DNA of 64,000 nt, taken from contig JBDHHQ010000018.1 of NCBI GenBank assembly GCA_039589315.1, positions 17,705 through 81,704 on the forward strand. The letters run 5' to 3'. Below are positions 39,647-47,493 of this stretch, piece by piece (within the stretch, counting starts at the first letter, position 1; every line of letters begins with the position of its first letter). The notes under the pieces are model-generated. The model was given only the letters and a program-made list of their open reading frames with translations, did no database searches and was not told the origin of the DNA. This DNA comes from Gemmatimonadota bacterium. GTDB taxonomy: Bacteria > Gemmatimonadota > Gemmatimonadetes > Longimicrobiales > Gaopeijiaceae. The position numbers and the translations under genes are program-made.

Positions 39647-40371
39647 AGCGGACCGAAACCTGGCATTCTTCCCGGCTCGAACGGGAGATCACGGCCGTGC
39701 GGTGGGGGGAGACGGGGATCCCGGTGCTGATCTTCCCCACGGCGGGTGGCGACGCAGAGGAGATCGAGCGGTTCCTGATCATCCAGACATTGGCGCCGTT
39801 CCTCGACGCGGGGCGCATCAAGGTCTACTCGTGCGACTCGCTCGCGGGACAGGCCATGTTGGCCGGGGAGGGATCTCCCCAGCACCAGATGGCCATGATT
39901 AACCGCTACCAGCAGTACATCGGCGAGGAGCTCGTGCCCATGATCCGCGCCGATTGTCGGAGCGAGGACATCGGAGTCGTCGCCGCAGGCGCCTCCATCG
40001 GGGCGTTCACGGCCCTGGCGGCCCTCTGCAGATACCCGGAGGCCTTCACCCACGCCATGTGCCTGAGCGGCACGTTCGACCTGTCGCGGTTCGTGGATGC
40101 CCCTATCACTGGCGACTTCTACGTTTCGTCGCCGGTCCACTACCTCCCCGAGCTCCACGGTCCCGGCCTGGAGGCGATCCAGCGGCGGTTCATCCTGCTG
40201 GCGTCGGGTGAGGGCCGCGCGGAGGATATCGGCGAGTCGTGGCGGGTCGCCAACGTGCTCGGGCAGAAGGGCATCCCGAACAGGGTAGACTCGTGGGGAC
40301 CGGACTGGCACCACGACTGGCCGACCTGGCGGAACATGCTCCACAAGTACCTGGACGAGCTGGCGCCCTGA
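39643..40371 (+). CDS. Putative esterase (alpha/beta hydrolase)
   Basis: G.PVLIFPT.GG, GASIG, LSG.FD, WG.DW.HDWPTW; ATGA overlap. Confidence 0.82.
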   Translation: MKRTETWHSSRLEREITAVRWGETGIPVLIFPTAGGDAEEIERFLIIQTLAPFLDAGRIKVYSCDSLAGQAMLAGEGSPQHQMAMINRYQQYIGEELVPMIRADCRSEDIGVVAAGASIGAFTALAALCRYPEAFTHAMCLSGTFDLSRFVDAPITGDFYVSSPVHYLPELHGPGLEAIQRRFILLASGEGRAEDIGESWRVANVLGQKGIPNRVDSWGPDWHHDWPTWRNMLHKYLDELAP

Positions 40372-40475
40372 AGCCACGCTGGTGCGGGCGCTCCCGCCCT
40401 GGCCTGATCAACCCCAAGGTGTCGTGCCGGCGCTCCCGCCCCGACCGACCCCGTCGGGCGAACCTCCCGGCGTGG

Positions 40476-42641
40476 TCAGGCCGTGGGCGGGTCGCCCCCG
40501 TCTCCCTCGCCCGTCATGGCCGGGACGTAGTACAGGTTGGCGTATTCCTTCAGCATCCGGTCGGTGGCGAACTGGCGGCCCGCTACCCACAGGGCGTGCT
40601 TCATCCGCTGGACCCACCCCACCGGGATGCCTCTTCGGTCCCGTAGGTGATACAACGGGACTACCTCGTCCTCGAGCAGATTGAACAGTTGGTCCCAGTC
40701 GTCCTCGTCGGGGTCCGTGAGGTCGGGCGCGGTGGGAATCGCCCAGCCGTTGATGCCGCTGAAGCCCTCGGCCCACCAGCCGTCCAACGTCCCGAGCTGT
40801 GGGACCATGTTCAGCGCCGCCTTCATGCCGCTGGTGCCCGAGGCCTCTTTCGGCACGCGGGGCAGGTTCAGCCACACGTCCACGCCTTCGTAGAGGGCGT
40901 GGGCCAGGTGCATCTCGTAGTCCTCCACGAAGGCGATGCGGCCTCCGAACCTGGGGTCCCGGGCCAGCATGTAGACCTTCTGCAGGATGCGCTTGCCATC
41001 GTCGTCCGCCGGGTGCGCCTTCCCGGCGAACACGATCTGCACCGGGCGCCAGGGGTTGGTGACCAGGCGGTGCAAGCGCGATTCGACCCGCAGGAACAGG
41101 TCGGCCCGCTTGTAGGCCGCGAACCGGCGGGCGAAGCCGAGGGTCAGGGCCTCGGGGTCCAGCAGGGGGCCGGCAGCAGCCAGGTGTCCCGCCGCGGGCC
41201 ACCGGTCCTTCCAGCGGCGCCTCGCTTGCTCCCGGATGAACCGGAAGGTCTGGAGCTTGAGCTTCTGGTGCAGCTCCCAGACGTGGACGTCGTCCAGAGA
41301 CAATACGCGGTCCCATAGGCCGGGCTCGTCCATGCGGCTGGCCCATCCCTTGCCCAACGCGCCGTCCAGGAGATGCTCCACGCCGGAGGACATCCAGGTC
41401 GAACGATGCACCCCGTTGGTCACGTGCCCGATGGGAACGTCCTCGGCTCGCCGACCCGGCCAGAGCTCCGTCCACATGCGTCGGCTCTCCGCGCCGTGCC
41501 GCTTCGACACGCCGTTCACGCCCCTGCTGAGTCGAATCGCGCACGCCGTCATATGGAACCGAGCGCCATCCGAGACGGGGGCATGCCCCAGCTTCATGAA
41601 GGTGGCCTCGTCGACGCCCAGGTCTTCCCAGACGGGGCCCACGCACCGCTCGATCTGCTCGACCGTGAAGGTGTCGTGACCCGCCGGCACGGGAGTGTGG
41701 GTCGTGAACACAGAGCGCGTCCGCACCTCCGACACGGCGTCCTCGAAGGCCATACCTGCCTGGATGAGCTCACGGATGCGCTCCACCATCATGAACGCCG
41801 CGTGGCCTTCGTTGGCGTGCCAGCACGATGGCTCGATCCCGAGGGCGCGGAGCACCCGTACCCCCCCCACTCCCAGGATCCACTCCTGCCTGAGCCTCAG
41901 CTCTTCGCCAGTACCGTACAGCTTGCCGGTCAGGTCCCGGTCCTCTGTGTCGTTGGCCTCGAGGTTCGTGTCCAAGAGGAACACTCGGGTCCGGCCGACC
42001 CGCATCTCCCAGACCGCGAGCTCCACCGACCGGCCCTCGGTGACGACCGTCGCCAGGGTCTCGCCGCCCTCGGCGTTTCGCAGCCGCGTTAGTGGCATGG
42101 CTTCGGGCTTGAACGACTCGTCTTCGGCCACTTGCCAACCCTCCTCGTCGATCCGCTGGTCGAAGTAGCCGCGGGCGTAGAGGAGGCCCACGCCCACCAT
42201 GGGGATCCCGAGGTCGGAGGCCGTCTTCACGTGGTCCCCGGCCAGGATCCCCAGCCCCCCCGAGTAGATGGGGACCGAGTTGTGGATCCCGAACTCGGCA
42301 CAGAAGTACGCCACGGGCCGATCGTCCCGGGCCTTCACCTCTCGGTAGGCATCGGCGAACCACGTGTCGGCCGTGGTCTCCAGGGCGCCCATGGACTGCA
42401 TCACGGACCGGTATAGGTGCAGGAAGTCCGGGTCGTGGGCGCACGCCGCCAGTCGAGCCGGCTCCACGCGGTGCAGCAGCTGGATGGGGTCGTGGTGGGT
42501 CAGCGACCACAGGGTCGGGTCGATCCGCTTGAACATGCGGCGCGCGGAGGCGTTCCACGACCACGCGAGGTTCAAAGCGATGTCGGCGAGCCCCTGGATG
42601 GGGTCCGGGAGATACGGGATCTTGCGTCGGGCAGCGTTCAT
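40476..42641 (-). CDS. glgP: Alpha-glucan (glycogen/maltodextrin) phosphorylase, GT35
   Basis: NL.WSW, YFCAEFG..YSGGLG.LAGDH.K, NEGH, FTTHTP, ARRFA.YKR, EASGTSGMK (PLP Lys). Confidence 0.95.
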   Translation of the reverse strand: MNAARRKIPYLPDPIQGLADIALNLAWSWNASARRMFKRIDPTLWSLTHHDPIQLLHRVEPARLAACAHDPDFLHLYRSVMQSMGALETTADTWFADAYREVKARDDRPVAYFCAEFGIHNSVPIYSGGLGILAGDHVKTASDLGIPMVGVGLLYARGYFDQRIDEEGWQVAEDESFKPEAMPLTRLRNAEGGETLATVVTEGRSVELAVWEMRVGRTRVFLLDTNLEANDTEDRDLTGKLYGTGEELRLRQEWILGVGGVRVLRALGIEPSCWHANEGHAAFMMVERIRELIQAGMAFEDAVSEVRTRSVFTTHTPVPAGHDTFTVEQIERCVGPVWEDLGVDEATFMKLGHAPVSDGARFHMTACAIRLSRGVNGVSKRHGAESRRMWTELWPGRRAEDVPIGHVTNGVHRSTWMSSGVEHLLDGALGKGWASRMDEPGLWDRVLSLDDVHVWELHQKLKLQTFRFIREQARRRWKDRWPAAGHLAAAGPLLDPEALTLGFARRFAAYKRADLFLRVESRLHRLVTNPWRPVQIVFAGKAHPADDDGKRILQKVYMLARDPRFGGRIAFVEDYEMHLAHALYEGVDVWLNLPRVPKEASGTSGMKAALNMVPQLGTLDGWWAEGFSGINGWAIPTAPDLTDPDEDDWDQLFNLLEDEVVPLYHLRDRRGIPVGWVQRMKHALWVAGRQFATDRMLKEYANLYYVPAMTGEGDGGDPPTA

Positions 42642-43036
42642 CGAGTCCGGCGGGACGGTTTCGTGATGGAGGGAGCGGCGCCGGTGCCGGCGCCGTACGT
42701 CCGAGAGTGCGGAGCGGTATAATCTGTCACGAAGTGTCCTCGAGTTGAAGCGGCAGCGCGCTTCGACCGCAGGCCCGCGGACCGCGCCCGGTGGGAGCTC
42801 CAGACCCGGCGTCGTCCTCCGGTCAGCGGCCGCTCCGCTTCCACCGTCTTCGCCCCTTCCCAAATCTCCGATTCTCGATAGCATACGGATGACGGAATAG
42901 ACTCGCCGCCGCCCGACGGGCGCGGCGGGGTCGGAGGATCCTTCGTGACGCGCTCGTGACGTCCCGCTGCGAAAGCGTCATGCAAGCCTCGGTATCATTC
43001 GGATAGACGACAACGCCATTTGGAATGAGGAGTTTC

Positions 43037-43363
43037 ATGAGCATCCGTGAGCAGCTTACCGCGTTCATCGAAGACCACACCGACGGATGGGACCACGCCC
43101 AATGGATCGGGTTCCTGCAGACCCTGGACCAGCAGGGCATCGACGTAAGCGACCCGGACGATCTGGGCGTGAAGCTGGAGAGCGCCCGGCTGGGATGGGA
43201 GCTTCGGCGCCGTGCGGTCCCGGGGCTGGGCCCCAAGCGCATCGATGCCGTGGTGGGCCGCTTCGGGTCTCTGTGGAGCCTCAAGCAGGCGACACCGGAC
43301 GAGATCGCCGAGATCCCGACGATCCACAAAGGCCTGGCGGAGAAGCTGAGCGACGCTCTCTAG
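43037..43363 (+). CDS. Small protein with C-terminal (HhH)2 DNA-binding-like domain
   Basis: VPGLGPKR...RFGSL..LKQAT.DEIAEIP.I...LAEK resembles the UvrC C-terminus; GAGGAG RBS. Confidence 0.75.
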   Translation: MSIREQLTAFIEDHTDGWDHAQWIGFLQTLDQQGIDVSDPDDLGVKLESARLGWELRRRAVPGLGPKRIDAVVGRFGSLWSLKQATPDEIAEIPTIHKGLAEKLSDAL

Positions 43364-43390
43364 TCCACCTGTTTCCGACCCGCATGGCCT

Positions 43391-44989
43391 TCACTCCATT
43401 GAGGCCACGGAGGGTTCGAACAGGGACCGGGGGACGCCGTGGGTGTCCCGATTCGCCCCCGTCTCCCGATCCAGGATGGCCACCGTCGTCCGATAGAGGC
43501 GATCCGCCTCCTCCCGGCTGTTCCCGATGGACGTCACCCCCACTTTCCCGTACTGGGAAAGGGCGCCGATCATGAAGAATATGACGCCCTTGAGTGTCGA
43601 GTGGTTGAAGTGGATCCCGTGAGCCACCGTCAGATCGAAGAGGTCCTCGGGCAGCAGGCCACGATACGCCGGTGACTTGAGGTTGTCGGTGGCGTAGTAG
43701 TACTTGGCCTGGCCGTCCTCGGCCGTATACAGGCCGCTTTCCCTGTCGAACCGGCCACGGGCCAGGAACTCCAGGGCCATGAACGGCGGCGTGGTCCCGC
43801 CCATGCGCAGATTGATCTCCACGGCGTAGCTCTTCCAGGGCCGACCCTCGGATCTGGTGACGAGGAAGTCCACGCCGAAGCGCCCGATGACCCCGTTCCC
43901 CGCGAGCACTTGCCCGATGCGCTCCGCGTCGGCGCAGATCAGGGCGCGATAGTCGGCGTGGGCCGGAAACCGACATCCCAGGTAGACTTGTCCGGTGCTG
44001 CCCCCGAGGACCTGATCGTGGGTCGAGAGCACCGAGAGCTCGCCGTGGGGGTGGATGCGGAGCTGGACGCTCGGAGACACCACCTCGTCGTCCTCGATCC
44101 ACTCCTCGACGATGCCTGCCATCTCGCCGAGCTTGCCGAAGAAGCGATCCGGTGTCTCTCGTCCCCCCGGCCACTCGAGCTCCTCCAGACCTGCGCTCAG
44201 CGCGGCTCGCCGCTCCGGTCCCCCTACCGGAAGCTCGGCCGGGAACCGGTACACGCCGTTGCCCTCTCCGGCGAAGCTTTCGTTGAGCTTGAGGACCGCC
44301 TTGCGGAGGGTCGGACGCCCCGTGACCAGGTCGTCGAGGGCGTCCACCACCTGATCCCGCGTGCGCAGATCGTTGACGCCCCGCGCGAGCGACACGCCTG
44401 CCTGTGCGAACACCTTGCGCGACCCCGATTTGGTGCCCATCCAGAGCAGTTCGGGATCGACCGAGTTCAAGGGAATGCCGAGCTCCACCGCCAGCCGGCG
44501 CTCCAGAATCGTGGAATTGTAGACGGTGAGGTAGGCCCGCTCGGGTGGCCCCATCCAGGACCGGATCCTCTCGATCACCCGGGGCCGGTCCAGGATCTTC
44601 GCCGTGAGGGGCCTGGGGCTCGCATCGTAGAGGCAGAGCACCAGCAGACGGCTCAGGGCCCGGCCCAGGGGCACACCGGGGAGATGCTGCAGATAGTACT
44701 CGAGCGTTTCGGCATGGATGGGTTGGCTGGTGACGTAGACGGCACGGCCCGCGGGGTCGGCCAACCGGATCAGCGTGAAGAGGAGCCGTTCCTCGTAGAA
44801 GGCGGCACCCTCGACCTTCGCCAGCTCCTCCTGGTTGACGCTGACCGAGGGCACCACGACCGACGTGTGCGGCCAGGCCGGGTTGCTCCGCAGCCTTTCC
44901 GAGATGACCGGCAGGTGGGCCTTGAGCTCCTGAAAGCGGGCCAACTCCTCCGGCGAGCCCAGCTCACCGTACGGGGAGTCTGTGATCAT
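43391..44989 (-). CDS. PGM1-like ATP-grasp peptide ligase (ligase E)
   Basis: YEERLLF.L, GTKSGSR..F, LKLNESFAGEGN, SPSVQ, STHDQVLGG, GRFGVDF, EINLRMGGTT, ATDNL, GK.G.T.IG. Confidence 0.8.
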   Translation of the reverse strand: MITDSPYGELGSPEELARFQELKAHLPVISERLRSNPAWPHTSVVVPSVSVNQEELAKVEGAAFYEERLLFTLIRLADPAGRAVYVTSQPIHAETLEYYLQHLPGVPLGRALSRLLVLCLYDASPRPLTAKILDRPRVIERIRSWMGPPERAYLTVYNSTILERRLAVELGIPLNSVDPELLWMGTKSGSRKVFAQAGVSLARGVNDLRTRDQVVDALDDLVTGRPTLRKAVLKLNESFAGEGNGVYRFPAELPVGGPERRAALSAGLEELEWPGGRETPDRFFGKLGEMAGIVEEWIEDDEVVSPSVQLRIHPHGELSVLSTHDQVLGGSTGQVYLGCRFPAHADYRALICADAERIGQVLAGNGVIGRFGVDFLVTRSEGRPWKSYAVEINLRMGGTTPPFMALEFLARGRFDRESGLYTAEDGQAKYYYATDNLKSPAYRGLLPEDLFDLTVAHGIHFNHSTLKGVIFFMIGALSQYGKVGVTSIGNSREEADRLYRTTVAILDRETGANRDTHGVPRSLFEPSVASME

Positions 44990-45908
44990 GACGGATCCGC
45001 GCCGGCGGAGGGATTTCGATCCACCACGAGATCCAGTGCCAGGAGGCCGGCCCCCCTGGCTCCGTCCACGCCCGCGTCGACGATGCCCAGCCCCGCGTCC
45101 GACAGAAGCGACCCCACCCGCTCACGCAGCGGGCCGCCGGGCGAGAGCAGGCCACCTGCCAGGGCGACGGGAGGGGACGCGACCTTCCACGGACCGAGGC
45201 GGTCCGCCAAGGTGGTCGCCTGGACAGCCAACGCCACGGCGGCCGCGACGAGCAGGCGGCCCGCCACGTCGTCGCTGGCCGCGGCCTCCGCCACGACGGG
45301 CGCCAGGGCCGCGATGTCGCCCTTGCCCGCCTGGGACGCCCATGGGATCAACCCCTCCGGCGCGTCGACTCCGGCCGCTTCGAGGAGCAAGCGGGTGAGC
45401 TCGGTGGCGGGGCCGCGTCCGTCCCGGGCCCGAGCCACGGCTCGGAGACCCTCGAGACCCAGGTCGTACCCGCTGCCCTCGTCGCCCAGCAGGCTTCCCC
45501 ACCCACCCACCCGGGCGACCCGGCCAGATTCGTTCCGGCCCCAGGCGATGGAGCCGGTGCCGGCGAGAAGCACGATGCCCGGACCGGTGCCCAAGGCGTC
45601 CCTGGCCGCAGCGGCCACGCCTCTCCCACGCCGGCGGTCGCCAGCGCAACGCGCAGGGCCGCCTTCACCTCGGGGCGCCCTCCCCCGGCGACCCCGGCGA
45701 AGAGCGCGGCGGCCGGGAGCGTCAGGCCCGCCTCGGCAGCGGCCGCCTCGGCCACCTGGTGGATGGAGCGAGCCACCTCCGCGGCGTTCGTCACGTCCAG
45801 CAGGGCGGCGCCACCGACGGCGCGACCCAGGAGCTGACCGTGGAGGCCCAGGGCCACCGCTTGCGTCCGGGTTCCACCGCCGTCCACTCCCACGACGAAG
45901 GTGCTCAC
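44986..45908 (-). pseudogene. BadF/BadG-family GlcNAc/MurNAc kinase, frameshifted near 45619
   Basis: N-half VGVDGGGTRT..AGVAG (from GTG 45908) and C-half AGTGS..RVGGWG.LLGDEGSG..GGL lie in different frames; the linker Asp motif is missing. Confidence 0.8.
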
Positions 45909-47410
45909 GACGGGCCTCCGCCGCGGGCGGACCCCGGGTCCGGGGAAGCCGGCTCGACGCGCCGCGCCGAGGCGTGCGTGGCCGAAGCTCCTCGGCCGAG
46001 CACGCTCCCTACCACGAAGGTCACCACCGTGCCGATGAGCACGAACCACGGCCACGCCACGGCCTCGCGGGCGAAGACCCAGATCAGGGTCACGCTCCCG
46101 ATGCCGGTGGCCATCCCGATGATGGCGCTCCGCTGGTCGGCCCGCGGAACCAGCACGCCCAGGGCGAACGCCCCGAGCAGGCCGCCGTAGACCAGGGACG
46201 CGACGCCCAGCGCCACCTCCACGGCAGGTGTGCCCTCCGAGAGCGGAATGAACAGCACGGCGCCCAGGACGAGCAGCGCGGACCAGAGCAAGGTGAAGCG
46301 CTTGCCGGCAGTGAGGATGCGCGCTTCGTCACCTTCCGCCCCCTTGGCCGGCGCCCAGAAATCGTAGGCAGATGCCGAGGCCAGGGAGTTGATCGACGAC
46401 GAGAGCGAGGACATGGCGGCGGCGAACACCCCGGCGATCAGCAACCCGCGCAGGCCGGCCGGGAGCTGCTCCACGATGAAGGTGGCGAAAATGGCATCGG
46501 GCGTGTCGAAGTTCCGGCCTCCGTAGAAGCTCCACAAGCCCAGCCCCACCAGTAGAAACACCGCGAACTGCGCGATCACGGCCAGTCCGCTGCCCACCAG
46601 GGCCTTCTGGCTGTCCTTCATCGTGCGGCAGGTCAGCAGCCGCTGGACGATCAGCTGATCGGTGCCATGTGACGCCATGGACAGGAAGCCGCCACCCACC
46701 AGCCCCGCCCAGAACGTGTACGCCACCGAGGGGTCGGAGGAGAAGTCCAGCACCTGGAGCTTGCCCGCGTCGCCGGCCTGCGCGAAGATGCTCGCCCAGC
46801 CCCCCGGCACCGCGGCCTGTAGCGCCACCACGGCCACGAGCGCGCCGAACAGGTACAGACCCATCTGAACGACGTCGACCCAGACGACGGCCCGGATCCC
46901 CCCGGCGTAGGTGTAGATGACGGTGAGCACGCCGATGACCGCGATGGAGACCGGGTACGGCCAGCCGGTGATCAGCGCCAGTGGGATGGCCGTGGCGAAA
47001 AGGCGTACGGAGTCGGCCAGCAGTCGAGTGATCATGAAGATCCCCGACGTGAAGCGACGGGCGCCGGTCCCGAACCGAGTCTGCAGCAGGCCGTAGGCGG
47101 TGCTCAGCTCGCCCCGGTAGTATGCCGGCAGCAGCAGTTGCGCCACGACGAGGCGCCCGGCCAGGTATCCCAGGGTCAGCTGCAGGAAGGCCAGCGTCCC
47201 GAAGTAGGAGACGCCGGGCACGCTCAGAAACGTGAGGGTGCTGGTCTCCGTGGCGACGACGGAAAGCATGACCGCCGGCCACGGCAGCTCGCGGTTTCCC
47301 AGGAAGTAGTCCGAGCCACTGGTCAGCCCCCGGCCGAGCCAAGCTCCCCAGACGGTGACGCCCAACAGGTAGAGGGCCAGAACGGCGAAGTCGAATCCCC
47401 CGAACGCCAT
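45905..47410 (-). CDS. Sodium:solute symporter (SSS) family transporter
   Basis: YFLG.R.LPW, SVVATETS.LTF, GG..AVVW.D..Q, GTDQ..VQR.L, AAAMSS.SS.INSL. Confidence 0.93.
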   Translation of the reverse strand: MAFGGFDFAVLALYLLGVTVWGAWLGRGLTSGSDYFLGNRELPWPAVMLSVVATETSTLTFLSVPGVSYFGTLAFLQLTLGYLAGRLVVAQLLLPAYYRGELSTAYGLLQTRFGTGARRFTSGIFMITRLLADSVRLFATAIPLALITGWPYPVSIAVIGVLTVIYTYAGGIRAVVWVDVVQMGLYLFGALVAVVALQAAVPGGWASIFAQAGDAGKLQVLDFSSDPSVAYTFWAGLVGGGFLSMASHGTDQLIVQRLLTCRTMKDSQKALVGSGLAVIAQFAVFLLVGLGLWSFYGGRNFDTPDAIFATFIVEQLPAGLRGLLIAGVFAAAMSSLSSSINSLASASAYDFWAPAKGAEGDEARILTAGKRFTLLWSALLVLGAVLFIPLSEGTPAVEVALGVASLVYGGLLGAFALGVLVPRADQRSAIIGMATGIGSVTLIWVFAREAVAWPWFVLIGTVVTFVVGSVLGRGASATHASARRVEPASPDPGSARGGGPS

Positions 47411-47493
47411 GGCTCAGTCGCCCCCGCCGATCGAGCCCCAAAACAGGGGAAACCGGGCGGTTCTGGCCAACGAGCGAACAGGGCCGGTCGGGC

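Noticed and set aside
40382..40441. 18-bp direct repeat GTGC(G/C)GGCGCTCCCGCCC between esterase and glgP
   Set aside because: Only two short GC-rich copies between convergent genes; no supportable function.
43910..46555. Long 881-aa plus-strand ORF, and similar long shadow ORFs such as 30158-32686, 7524-9527 and 36670-38463
   Set aside because: They are antisense to well-supported genes, show no motifs, and are expected in high-GC DNA with few stop codons.
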